A DNA stretch of 64,000 nt from Octopus sinensis. Lineage: Eukaryota. The number at the start of each line of letters is the position of its first letter. The stretch's first letter is position 1. Made by a program: the position numbers and the translations under genes. The notes under the pieces are model-generated. The model was given only the letters and a program-made list of their open reading frames with translations. It had not been told where the DNA came from and made no database searches. Location: NCBI RefSeq assembly GCF_006345805.1, contig NC_043000.1, forward strand, positions 103,168,001 through 103,232,000. The letters are read 5' to 3'. Shown piece after piece: positions 38,633 through 51,949 of this stretch.

Positions 38633-38676
38633 CCACATCCTTGCGTTGTTGTTTTTTGTTTTCTTGTTTGGATTAA

Positions 38677-38725
<49 letters not shown>

Positions 38726-38875
38726 ATATACATATATATATAAACCTTCCGTTATATATATATATTATAAATATATACACATATATATATACAGACACTA
38801 CTTATACATATATATAGCATATGTATATATATATATGTAATATACATAAGATGTATATATATATATATTATATAT

Positions 38876-38924
<49 letters not shown>

Positions 38925-39297
38925 GGTATGTATGCATGTATGTGTGTATGAATATGTGTACATATATATATATAAATACATATATGTACATACACACACA
39001 CATATACACACATATTTACATACTCACACACCCATACACACACACACACGCACATAGGTACACACACACACACAGTATTCGTAGCTGTGTTCAAAGAGGA
39101 GGAGAGAGAGTGTGTGTGTGAGAGAGAAAGGATAGATGGAAGGAAGTGAGTGAGAACAAGGGGGGGGAAAAGTAAAAAACAAAAAAAGACAGCTGGAATT
39201 ATTGTAAGAGGAAAAGAACAAATATAAATACACAATCGGAGATAGACAATTATAAGAAAAAATATCGGAATGAGGAATTAAGAAACGATGACAACGA

Positions 39298-39440
<143 letters not shown>

Positions 39441-39739
39441 ACTAGTTCTATCCGGTTATTACAAAAATTGTCTTTGAAATTAAAAAAAGAATATTATTTT
39501 CAAAAAATGTCAAAATACTTCCGAGTGATATATATATTCGCTCGTGTGTAAGTGTATGCGTATGCGGGCATGAGTGTGTCTTTATGTGTCCGCGTGAGTA
39601 TGTATGTGTACATGCACACGCGCTCACATATATATGCAGAAAGGGACATACATATAATTACATGTGTAAATAGGAATGTTTGTTACATTACTTGTGTGAT
39701 GTGCTCATAATTTTATCATTGTATACACACACATGCTCA

Positions 39740-39849
39740 AACACACGTATGTATATATATATATATATCTATATATATATATATATATTATATATATATA
39801 TATATATGTAGGTATGTAATGTATGTATGTATGTATGTATGTATGTATG

Positions 39850-39882
<33 letters not shown>

Positions 39883-39939
39883 ATATGCATGGATACATAT
39901 GCAAGCATACGTCATTCCAAGAATATATATAATATATAT

Positions 39940-39977
<38 letters not shown>

Positions 39978-40102
39978 TATACATATATACATGCATATAT
40001 GCATACATATATAGGCATATGTCTATCCATATATATCTATATCTATTATTCTATCTATCTATCTATCTATATCTATCTATATATATATATATATCTATAT
40101 AT

Positions 40103-40136
<34 letters not shown>

Positions 40137-40321
40137 CATACATACATATTATATATATATATGTATATACCACGCATATATACATGTATATGTCTGTATG
40201 TGTGTGTATATATATATATATATATTTGGTATGTTTATAAATATGTATGCATGTACCTATATAAAAAATGAATAAAATTTATATGCATGTATGTTTGTGC
40301 GTGTGTATAATACAATAATCC

Positions 40322-40387
<66 letters not shown>

Positions 40388-40427
40388 TATATATATACAT
40401 ATATGTATATATATTATAGATTATATA

Positions 40428-40470
<43 letters not shown>

Positions 40471-40478
40471 CACATATA

Positions 40479-40532
<54 letters not shown>

Positions 40533-40571
40533 GCATATATGCATACATATATATATATATGCATATATAAT

Positions 40572-40615
<44 letters not shown>

Positions 40616-40690
40616 TATATATACATGCAATATGTGTGTGTATGTGTGTGAACATATAGATATACGTGAGTATATATGTATGTGTATATA
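39740..40690. repeat. About 1 kb of compound (TA)n/(TATG)n/(TATC)n
   Basis: Direct reading. Confidence 0.95.
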
Positions 40691-41344
40691 CAGACACACA
40701 TACACAATCTTAACTACAGAATAAAGTAAAATGCCAATAACAATAACAACCAACCGCTCCTTTACTTTCATTTTTTTTTTGTATTATTTTGTAAGAAAAA
40801 AAAACAACGACAAAATAACTTAAGATATAAAAACAACAACATAAAATAACATCCGTACAATCTACAACTGCGACAACAATAAAACTACAACAATAACAAA
40901 TGAATCTAATGATACAGATGAAATCAGAAATAGAAAATATGCTTCAAAAATAACGAAAATAGTCTTTGTCATTCTACTTATATATAGTTCTTTGAACTAT
41001 CGACCTCAAAAGTATATTGCCATTCATAAATTATATTGTGCACGCATGCGTGTAAATGCGCGTCAGCTGAAGTGTGTGTGAGCATGCTACAGCGTGAATG
41101 TGTGTGTGTGTATTAATGTGTGATAGTGTGTGTATTTAAGGTTATATCTAATGTTGATGTCTTTCTTATATCCACTCGTTCGTTGTTGAGAGAGGACTAT
41201 TTTGACGAATTCATGCGTGCAGTTCCAAAACATGTACAGATACATAAATACATAAATACAGATGCCCACGTACAACCAAACTGTGTCCGTGTGTGTGTGT
41301 TTGTGTGCGTGCGTGTGTGTGTATATGTGTGTGTTTGTCTGATA

Positions 41345-41510
41345 CGTATGGCCAAGAGGTTAGAGCGTTGCCATCCCAATTGCGAGATCGTAGATTCAAT
41401 TCCTAGACTAAGCGGTGCGTTGTTTTCTTGAACGAATCACTTCATCTCACGTTGCTCTGTGATCACTTGGACACCTGACGTGTGGTACACTTTTCACCTG
41501 TTCAGATATC
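41345..41510 (+). mobile_element. SINE family D-related, degraded, with a different tail
   Basis: tRNA-like head plus TTTTCTTGAACGAATCACTTCATCTCACGTTGCTC core. Confidence 0.6.
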
Positions 41511-41775
41511 ATTGATTTGATGGAAGTTAGTTAATGTATAGAACATACGTTTCATGACCATAGACAAATCATTTTGCGCAGTTCGTTCAGCAAGAAATTG
41601 CAGAACTACCGTTCTCCGACTACGAGAGATTTCCATCATGTATGTTTGTATATATAGGCGCAGGAGTGGATGTGTGGATACATACATACATACATACATG
41701 CATACATACATACATACATACATACATACATACATACATACATACATACATACATAGCATGCATATATATATATA

Positions 41776-41950
41776 TTATTTCATCTGCCGTTACATTCTG
41801 AGTTCAAATTCCGCTGAGGTCGACTTTGCCTTTCATCCTTTCGGGTTCGATAAAGTACCAGTTACGCACTGGGGTCGATGTAATCGACTTAATCCTTTTG
41901 TTTGTCTTTGTTTGTCCCTTCTATGTTCAGCCCCTTGTGGGCAATAAAAA
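41776..41950 (+). mobile_element. SINE C2 monomer (second unit only), 5'-truncated
   Basis: Core plus TATGTTCAGCCCCTTGTGGGCAATAAAA tail. Confidence 0.82.
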
Positions 41951-42188
41951 AATATATATATGTATGTATGTATGTGTGTATGTGTGTGTGTTGGGTGAGT
42001 ATAGGTGCTTGTGTGTGTTGTCATTGTATTTGTGTTGTTTGTGTCGGTTTGTTTACGTCTCTGTAACCTAGCACTTCGGCAAAAGAGAGCAATAGAATAA
42101 ATACCAGATGTAAAAAAGATGTACTGGGGTTGATTTTTGTTCGTCTAAACCCTTCACAGCGTTACCCTAGCAAGGCTGCAGACGAACG

Positions 42189-42546
42189 AGCAGGCTTGGC
42201 TGTGTGGTAGGAAGCTTGCTTCCCAACCACATGGCTCCGAGTGGCACCTTGGGCAAATGTTTTCTACTGTAGCCTCCGAGCCGACCAAAGCATTGAGGGA
42301 AATTGGTAAACGGAAACTGAAAGAAGCCTGTCGTATAAATGTATCTATGTGTGTGCATGTTCGTGTCTATGTTTGTCCCCCCGCCCCCCACCGCTTGACA
42401 ACCGATGCTAGTGTGTTTACGTAGCGGTTCGGCAAAATAGTTTGATAGACTATGTATCAGGCTTTAAAAAAGTACTGGAGTCAATACATTCGACTAAAAT
42501 TCTTCAATGCGCTGCCCCAGTATGGCCGCACTCTAATGACTGAAAC
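42189..42546 (+). mobile_element. SINE family A
   Basis: Head and body, moderately diverged. Confidence 0.85.
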
Positions 42547-42958
42547 TCTTTACTCTTTTACTCTTTTACTTGTTTCAGACATTTGACTGCGGCCATGCTG
42601 GAGCACCGTCTTTAGTCGAGGAAATCGACCCCGGGACTTATTCTTTGTAAGCCCAGTACTTATTCTATCGGTCTCTTTTGCCGAACCGCTAAGTAACGGG
42701 GACGTAAACACACCAGCATCGGTTGTCAAGCAATGCTAGGGAGACAAACACAGACACACAAACACACACACACATACATATATATATATACATATATACG
42801 ACAGGCTTCTTTCAGTTTCCGTCTACCAAATCCACTCACAAGGCATTGGTCGTCCCGGGGCTATAGCAGAAGACACTTGCCCAAGGTGCCACGCAGTGAG
42901 ACTGAACCCGGAACCATGTGGTTGGCTAGCAAGCTACTTACCACACAGCCACTCCTGC
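42547..42958 (-). mobile_element. SINE family A, full length, tail-to-tail with the previous copy
   Basis: (TTTTACTC)n tail, body, (CA)(TA) tract and head. Confidence 0.92.
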
Positions 42959-43042
42959 ATATTTATAGATTCAGTACTATACAACATAAATTCTTTCTTT
43001 ATAAAAAATTATCTCCACTTCAAGATGATATATCATAATTAC

Positions 43043-43201
43043 CAAATTGCAATGCAGACCAGCTCCACCTCTTCAGAGCTGACATGCCGTTAAAGAAAAT
43101 TATAAGTAAAAAGATGAGTTGTGAGACGCGTTTCTGGTTAAATAGCAGTTCACAGTGCAACAACTCTCCGAGCTTATTTCCAGCAGCCGAAGGACTTACA
43201 T
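43043..43201 (-). CDS. Candidate coding exon (159 nt, phase 1 to 1); strand uncertain
   Basis: Acceptor TTCTTCTTTTCGTGTAG| and donor TTG|GTAATT; the only open minus frame is VSPSAAGNKLGELLHCELLFNQKRVSQLIFLLIIFFNGMSALKRWSWSALQF; the antisense register is also open. Confidence 0.3.
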
Positions 43202-43299
43202 CTACACGAAAAGAAGAACACACTTATACCTTAGATAATTTGCATAATGTAAACAAAAATGAACTGAGAGAAATAACTAACAGTTAGCGCATGTATCTT

Positions 43300-44080
43300 A
43301 ACAACAGATACATGCATACATACATACATACATACATACATACATACATACATACATACATACACACACATACATACATATATACATACATGCATACATA
43401 CATACATACATACATGCATACATACATACATACATACATACATACATACACACATACATACACACATACATACATACATATATACATACATGCATACATA
43501 CATACATACATGCATACATACATACACACATACATACATACATACTACATACATACATACATACATACATACATACATACATACACACATACATACAAGG
43601 AGATACTGACTTTTGGTAAAGTTCCTGGCTTTTGGTAAAGGAAAATACAAGAGGATCGGTTAATTATAATTTTGTTCAAAACATTCTCCTCTCAGATTCA
43701 CACACTTATTGCAGCGGCCCTTTCAGTTTTTCTAAACCCTGTAAAAGAACTCAGAAGGTTGGGCCTCTAACCAGGCCTTTCGCGACACTCTTAAAACCAA
43801 GAACCTTTAAGCACGCCTCGTACATATGTATGCTTACATACATACAAACATACATACATATATACATACATACATACATACATACATACATACATACATG
43901 CATGCATATATACATACATTCATGCATGCATACTTACATACAAACATGCATACATACATGCACACGTATATAAAGACAGACAGACAGACAGGCAGACAGA
44001 CAGATAGAGAGACAGACAGACAGGCAGACAGACAGACAGGCAGGCAGGCAACAGACAGACAGACAGACAGGCAGGCAGAC

Positions 44081-44135
<55 letters not shown>
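43300..44135. repeat. (TACA)n tracts (43300-43600, 43840-43970) and (GACA)n/(GATA)n (43975-44135)
   Basis: Direct reading. Confidence 0.9.
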
Positions 44136-44631
44136 CAAACCCATATACAAGTGATCTCAAAAACATTTTCTTCATGGACGACTAATCTCTTAACGCTTGG
44201 CTTGCCTTTACACTCCGACTCCACGAACTCTCCCTATTAAATCGACTAACATATGATCCCTTGGTTTCTCTATAGCTAATACTATCTGTTGGCCGCATAT
44301 CCTGAAAGAAGCGCCATCATGTTTTTTTGTTTTTTTTTTCTTTTGTATTTTGTTTGTTTTTTGCCTCCACTCTGCCCCTGGAAAGTAGTTGCAGAAACCT
44401 CAGGTCACAGCAAATGTTACGAAAACTATCGGCAGTTGAGAAATTCCTTGAACAGACGGTACAATCTCAAGTGCAGCAAACATACGAGAAGTGATCAACA
44501 GCATGATCTCTTTCAAAGTCCACACTACATTCGGCATACTTCGAGATAAATTTTGTGAGCGCAGGTGTATCGGTCTCAAGCCACTTTTATGAGGTTTATG
44601 AGTTCTGGAGAGACTGTAAGAGATAAAATAT

Positions 44632-44924
44632 CACGTGATCACGTGACCGACCAGACCATCAGATGTTGTTACACATCGCTGGTCACAATGTGCTTCGCAT
44701 TGTTTTAGCCTTCGAATGACGCTACCCCGCTGGCTAAGCGAGCAGGCCAACAGATGAAAGAGTGGGGAAAGAGTACAGCAGGGATCACCACCTCCTGCCG
44801 GAGCATCGTGGAGCTTTTTAGGTGTTTTCGCTCAATAAACACTCACAACGCCCGGCCTGGGAATCGAAACCGCGATCCTACGACCGCGAGTCCGCTGCCC
44901 TAACCACTGGGCCATTGCGTCTCC
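44632..44924 (-). mobile_element. SINE family B head with a different tail (tail 2), with TSD
   Basis: Head same as 13626; tail ends GGTCGGTCACGTGATCACGTGA; flanks GTAAGAGATAAAATAT (44616-44631) and GTAAGAGACAAATAT (44925-44939). Confidence 0.88.
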
Positions 44925-44974
44925 GTAAGAGACAAATATGAAAGCAACTAAACCATTTCAACATTTTGGTATAG

Positions 44975-45107
44975 CCGTAGCATCCTGCATGCCCTCAAGT
45001 CGGACAAGATCCGTGACACTAAGATGCATCTGTTGGCCAGCATCTTAAGGCGATACATACTATTGCAGAACGGCAGGTGGAGTTGGCTTCGACATGTTAG
45101 TCGCAAG
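44975..45107. other. GC-elevated unique island, open in both registers; candidate exon
   Basis: Plus: TAG|RSILHALKSDKIRDTKMHLLASILRRYILLQNGRWSWLRH|GTTAGT (44975-45095, GC3-rich). Minus: strong acceptor TTCATTCTCCATCACAG| at 45108. Confidence 0.3.
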
Positions 45108-45479
45108 CTGTGATGGAGAATGAACAGATACAAGGAGTACTTAAAACATCGTTTTTGTTTTAAGTATGCAAATTGCCTAAAATCAAAAATGTTCTCCGCT
45201 TTTTTTTTTTTTTTTTGATTATGCTTAAATCATATATCTGCAAGGGTCACACAGGACAACTACTCTGGTGATGAGTCCTATTGAAGCACTAGCAAATGTC
45301 GACAGCAGACAAATAGAAAAGGAAATAGTAAAACAGGCTGACTTATCCTTAATGAATCGTCATTTCAGGAGTATTGCCGAATGTTGAAATTATCTCCCTT
45401 CCCCGATAGGATCGCATTTGTCATCAGGTGTTTCTTGACCTTTTCTGGAAACGAAGATAGTTTCAATAAATCATAAATT

Positions 45480-45516
<37 letters not shown>

Positions 45517-45541
45517 TATACACACGTACACACTTGCACTA

Positions 45542-45576
<35 letters not shown>

Positions 45577-46884
45577 CACACATACACACATACCTATATG
45601 CAGGCACATTCACATCTACATGCGTGAGTGTGAATGTGTGTGCGTGCACGAACGCGTATGTGCGTGTTTGCGTGAATGTGTGTGTGTGTGTATGTGCGTG
45701 CGTGCATGCGCATGCTTAATTAAAAATTGTTTAGGGAGGAGATTTCATAGAATTTGGTGGCGGGGGGGTGGCATTGGACAAAATGTTTTGTAATATTAAT
45801 TTAGGTTCTTTATATTGTGAGTTCCAAACTCGCTGAGGTTAATTCTGACTGCCATCCTTCCAGGGCCGACAAAATGACATACTAGTGAAACACCTGGCGT
45901 CGATATCATTGACTGCCGATCCGTACCATCATGAAATTGGTTTAGTATGGTACAGTAGAATCTAGATCCCCGCCCAACCACAGGGCTCTGATGACAGGTG
46001 AATTGTCACACCGTCCCATCAATATCTATCTATAACACACTATATCATTGTCTTTTCGACGCGCCCACGCTCACACCGTTCCATACTCACTCTTTAAAAA
46101 TGGACTCCCATTAAAATGGATAAAGCAATAAATAAGTAAATACATAAACAAATAAACCAAAAAAAAAAACTGTCTTTTAGGGCGGTCGTTCTCCGCATTC
46201 GGACATTTACATAATCGTGTCTTTGGCAGCGAACTGGTGGATCTTAGTATAGCGTATCTTGTGTTTGGGTTAATTGTGTTTTTTACCTCGGTCCCACCCA
46301 CCCCTAATAAAAAAAAACAGACAAAAAAATTAAAAAAGAAAAAAAATCGTGACCTAGAGAAGATAAAGAAAAGAACGTAGGAAGGAAGGAAGGAAGGAAG
46401 GAAGGAAGGAAAGCAGGAAAGATTGAATATATGGTGTGTGATTCTACGAGTGTCTACAGATTTAAAGTTGCGTGTTTGTATTAACAAGCTAGCTCAGTGT
46501 TTGTGTTGTGATCTGCCAGAAACGTTCCTACGTATCTTTGCTTAGCTCACACTCGCACTCACGCTCACCCTCACCCTCACCACCAACAGCTTATAAACTG
46601 AACAAAGTTGAGTCTAATCAAACACGTAAAGAAGAACCAACAATTCGTTATTTTCGACAAAGAGAATGTAACCCTAACCACCACACACACACACACACAC
46701 ACGAGCATGCTCACAAACACACACACACATAAACACACACGCACATGCACACATACACATACACACATATGTATATATGTCTGTGTGTGTATATACATGC
46801 ATTATATATGTGTGTGTTTATTATATATCGATATAGAATATGTATATACATATATATATATATGTAGTATCATGTATATATAGG

Positions 46885-46986
<102 letters not shown>

Positions 46987-47051
46987 CGTGTGTGGTGTGT
47001 ACATATATATGTATATACATGTATATACATGTATGTATATATAATATATAT

Positions 47052-47096
<45 letters not shown>

Positions 47097-47329
47097 TGTC
47101 TGTGTGTGTGTGTGCGTGTAATCAAACCACCTAGGCACAAACGAAAACTCCAAGAGAAGCAAAAAAAAAAATAATGAAAAACAATGTTAAAAAGAAAGGA
47201 AAAGAAAGCCAATAAACACCTTCGGTTCTATCCTGAAAGTTGCTAAACTATAACATTGCAGTTGCTTTAATTCCTCGTGTTTGGCTATGCTAACACATCA
47301 AAACTATATATTTTTATGATATATTTTCT

Positions 47330-48650
47330 TTCAAGCAACTAGCAGATGCAAGTGTTGCCAGTTGAAAGCTCAGCATACCGGACGCTAGCGAGTTTATGGG
47401 GTCATCAGGAGTGAATACGAACTGTTTCGAGGCCCACTTCTCGACGGCATTATTGCGCCCCGCCCCCTCACTGAAATGAAGTCCTGCTTGCTAAATCAAC
47501 TGGTTATCAGGTTTCGCACAATATTCTTCTAGCCATTGCTCATCGTCTCTTTTTAAACAAATCCAGTGGCTTGCCTTTTCCATTATAGTCTGGATATCAT
47601 TCATGGTGGTATTTGCTTTACGATGAGTTAGGCCTTAACAATAACAACAGTTGCCTAACACTGTATCCAACGAATCTTCTACATCCGACTTCGATTGAAA
47701 AATGCCCCGCTTTCAAGGTTGCGTTTTCACATTACTCGAGGAGGTTTTCCGAGCGCCGATCATGTTATCTTTATGAGGAACCGTTAACTCGACTAGATTT
47801 ATCGCTTTCTTTCCCTCACACCATACGACGATATCCGGTTTCTTCGTAACCAGAATGGAAAAGAATCCTTGGCGCCATGGTAAATCTGCTGCTACATCCT
47901 AATAGCTGTTCAACTTTTCATCGCTCACAGGAAGTTTCTTCGTCTAACGGACCAACTGTCCTGTGCACACAAAGGTAATGAAATCTCTGGCTGGTTCTTT
48001 CAGTGTTTTTTTTTGCCACTGTTGATGAGAGCAATTTGATTCTTTATAACATTGTAGATAACCTTAAGGACCAGATTGTACGTCCATGTATTTCTATTCA
48101 ATGCCAGTGAACAATTGGAAAGAATACGTTTCAGTGTTCCGACTTTTCCGCATCTGTATATATCCTTTTCTGATACGTTCCATCTAACTAGGTTTATAGG
48201 CGATGGCAAGACATCGTAGGATGAACGAATCAGAAAACTTAGACTTCCATATTTCATTCAAACTTTTTTTTTTCTCAACATTGTGTTCCTCACATTTCGT
48301 CATCTGTCCCTGCTGAGAAAATTGAATTAAATGAAGCTCTCTTCTCTTTGTTTCCCTCGCTTTGACCCTGTTGCTAACAACAGATCTACGTTCACTCCGC
48401 ATCATGCTTGCAAACGGTCTGAACCGATTTACGCCGAATGAATTTGCGTTGCACGAACCATGTCTCGGTGTGTACATGAAGCACTTCTTGGCTGTTTTTA
48501 CATCTGGTGGATTACGCCTGATTTGTGTTTTTTCGACTCTTTCAGCATCATCACCATTCGTACCTTCTCTACTTTACCAATATAGTTACATTATATATCC
48601 ATCATAAAGTCCAGTACCTGTTGCAAATGGTGGCTTTTGTGTCTCAATGA
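47330..48650 (-). mobile_element. Hero-type (R2/NeSL group, restriction-like endonuclease) LINE, 3' part, decayed
   Basis: FLIRSSYDVLPSPINL..W, zinc-knuckle remnant CGKVGTL(KR)ILSNC, RLE motif KPDIVVW...LVELTVP, IEVGCRRFVG, EKASHWICLKR, stop at 47491. Confidence 0.85.
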
Positions 48651-48724
48651 CCCTGAGATTCGTGTCAATGGAGCGTAAGCTCCTGGATAGCCTTCCATAC
48701 TGAGCAAATCAAAGGAGACAGACT

Positions 48725-48935
48725 AATATAAACCTTCTCTCCTAGAAGTAAAAATAATGGGTTTGCCTAGGGCCAACAGCCTTACTTAGAAAAAATAAAA
48801 ATTACAGAAGCATCGATGACATTCCAAAACCACCAAGAGCTGGAGGAAAAGGCCTAAAAGGCAGCCCAGAGTCAAGAGCAGTGGAGATAGGTTGTGAATG
48901 GTCTATGCCCTACAAGGAACAAAGGATTTAAAGTA
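48725..48935 (+). mobile_element. RTE-clade LINE 3' end (possibly a short internally deleted derivative)
   Basis: KAAQSQEQWR*VVNGLCPTR resembles the RTE/BovB C-terminal AQDR..WR..V.GLC. Confidence 0.55.
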
Positions 48936-49623
48936 CATGCATATCTATGTATTGTGTGTGTGTGTGTATGCATGTGTGCGTGCGCGTGTGCATATATGTG
49001 TGTGTGTGTGTGTGTGCATATGTATATGTGTGTGTGCATGTATGTATGTGTCAGGTCATTTGTGAGGTCCCTCATGAGTGCTACAAGTAACATGGAATCC
49101 AGTACAACCTGTCACATAATCGGGTCGTAGGCGATTAAATCGGCAACCTCACTGAGCTTACTTGCTGAGGAAGGTTGCTAGAGACTAAGCAGGGCTAAAA
49201 ACAAGACTTGTCAAAAGGACAAATAATCCCAGTGTAGGCTCAACGACTATCTAGCAATAGCAAGAGCCTTCAAAAATTCCGGTTTGGTGTCCGGCGTGTT
49301 GGTAGACCATTGGGATTTTTTGTTAAGGCATGTCTCTTGGAGAAGGTCACTCTGGTAGAAAACCAGATATGCAGGGAATGACACAGGACATTTTTGGGAT
49401 CTTTTGCTTGCGCTTGAGATCATGGAGCTTCCATACTCCTGAGCTTGTGACCCACATTGTCACTAGATGTCTTGCCCTGGCTCGTCTTGGGATCACATCA
49501 GTAGGGTGGAGAGGGTCTATGAGATGTCGTGCAAGCCTTATTGGACAAGCATTGCTGACATTTTGCATTGGCAATAGTCAGTAACGGTCTTCCTCCGGTC
49601 ACAATTGGACAGGCATCATATAT

Positions 49624-49668
<45 letters not shown>

Positions 49669-49672
49669 TATA

Positions 49673-49900
49673 TATAATAACAAAATAATAAATAAAACAT
49701 ATGCATGTATACATACATATATGTACATACCTACATCTATATGTATATAGATATGCATGTTTTCGTTTCTCATTGTGTTCTACGTTTTTTTTTTTGGTGC
49801 CCTGTACCCATATATGCATGTATATATACATATAGATGTAGGTATGTACATATATGAATGTATATATGTATATGTTTTATTTATTATTTTGTTATTATAT
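49673..49900. repeat. ~86-bp imperfect inverted repeat with a ~55-bp spacer
   Basis: 49673-49759 against 49815-49900; the same peptide HIDVGMYIY..VLFIILLLY appears in opposite-strand ORFs. Confidence 0.88.
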
Positions 49901-49937
49901 GATCGAACGCCACGCATCCACTTCCAAGTAATTTTTG

Positions 49938-50014
<77 letters not shown>

Positions 50015-50037
50015 CTATTTATCTATCTATCTATCTC

Positions 50038-50074
<37 letters not shown>

Positions 50075-50120
50075 ATCTATCTATCTATCTATCTATATCT
50101 ATCTATCTATATAATATATA

Positions 50121-50156
<36 letters not shown>

Positions 50157-50480
50157 ACAACAAAGAGTACGTACGCCGCTATATATATATCTATATATAT
50201 ATATATATATATACAAAATGGGACAAGAACGCGAAACGTTCAGAAGACGATACAAATTCCTTAATTGCTTGTTCCTTTTTTTTCTCTCTCTTCTCCCCCT
50301 CTTTAATTCCTCTGTCCCTCTTTCTTCTCTTCACACGTGACCGACTGGCCGACTACTGGCCTTTTGGGTCTAGCGGCAGTCGTAATAACATCAACATTTT
50401 TTTCTCTGCCCCAAGGCACATTCCAAACACGCCAGCTGAGTTCAATTCGTCTAAGTCGAAAGACGCCTGTTGTGATGTCC

Positions 50481-50555
<75 letters not shown>

Positions 50556-50953
50556 TTTGCTTTTTCGTATTATTTTTGTATTTATATTCGTGTTACATCG
50601 TCCGTTTTTCCGTCCTTGTTTCGTATACATTCGAAGCTTTTTTCCAAGGAATCTAATGCTCTTAGGATGATCCGGTTCTTGACTGAAGATTTATTATCTT
50701 GTCTTGTCTTGTCTTATAATCTCGATTGCGTTTAATCCACGGAGCAAGCTTAAAGGCCAAAGGTGTTTCCGACATAATAATTCTGTATTCTTTTTTTTTT
50801 TATATTCATGACTACAGTGGCAAATGTTTCCTTATTTTTGTTTTTATTTTATTCTTTTAAAGGATACGCTGTGAGATGAAGGGACTTCAATGCTATATCT
50901 AGATGATAAAGCAATCATATACAGATGCTTTCTTCCGCTGGTAATTTCTAGAG

Positions 50954-51088
50954 CCGGCATGGACAACCTTTTTCGACAAGTGGGCCGCATAAGCCATGAC
51001 TCATCCTCAGGCTAAAAGAAATTGAAGGTAATTTTTCCTTGTGTGTACCATCCAGAAAGTACTGCGGGCCGCAAGTTATCCATTGCTG
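50954..51088. mobile_element. hAT-Charlie-like MITE (135 bp)
   Basis: Imperfect TIRs CCGGCATGGACAAC / GTTATCCATTGCTG, subterminal GGGCCGC motifs, flanks TTCTAGAG and CTCCAGAT fitting NTCTAGAN. Confidence 0.65.
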
Positions 51089-51949
51089 CTCCAGATTACG
51101 GTGATACAGTGAAGTAATTTCATGTAAAAATCGAAACTGGATTAGATACCATTTGTGAGAAATTTACTACTGCAATCATTCTTGGTTAATTTCAGCCTGG
51201 GATGCTTCTATATCTAGGATAATATACTCACACAGACTCTTAAAGACTTTCATATCAACATAGACTCACAAAAACTTCCATATTGACATGTAGGTTCACG
51301 CACTAACACTCCAATGTAGACTTACATAGAGTCATATAAACATTGACCCAACTACTCGCATATCAATATAGATTCTCGCATATTGACATATCGACGTACA
51401 TTCCCATACACCACTCATGAACATAGGTTTACACACACATCAACATGAACTCGGACATCAACATAGATTCATAAGATTCATACTCATGAACTCAGCGTAT
51501 TCAGGTTGTGCATGTATATATGTGTGAGTGTGTATGTGTGTGTGGGCACGTGTAGATGTAGGTATATGTCTGTATACTCACACACATAAACAGAAGCATA
51601 TTTCTATATATATATATATGTGTGTGTGTGTGTATACACACGCACACATACACACACACACACACGCACGCACACAAACACATTTATCTTTATTCCTAAT
51701 GAACATGTTCAAATTTTCTTTCTTTTAAATTTTGCCGAACTTCTGAGAGAAAAAGAAAGAAAGATAAAGAAATGTTCTGCTCTGTCATCTAAACTAATGA
51801 GTACTGCAGCGAAAGACATGACAAACTAAAAAAGAAAACAAATGTCAAAAGCATATATTTAGACATTGTTGAAACAAATCGATAGATCGGGCGTGAAAAG
51901 AGTTGCTTAGATAGCAACGACATCTGCTATCTAGGAATGCTGTGTTTGT

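Noticed and set aside
43043-43201. Short resemblance of candidate exon peptides to microsomal triglyceride transfer protein (FFNG.S.L)
   Set aside because: Both strands gave weak chance-level matches and key flanking residues are absent; no gene name assigned without a search
44960-45010. S4 voltage-sensor-like LRACRMLRL on the minus strand
   Set aside because: No preceding hydrophobic S3 helix, and the opposite strand looks at least as coding-like
47405-47445. GAAAC...CTGATGA in the Hero 3' UTR as a hammerhead
   Set aside because: Too little sequence between the cleavage triplet and CUGAUGA to form stem I, and stem II pairing is poor
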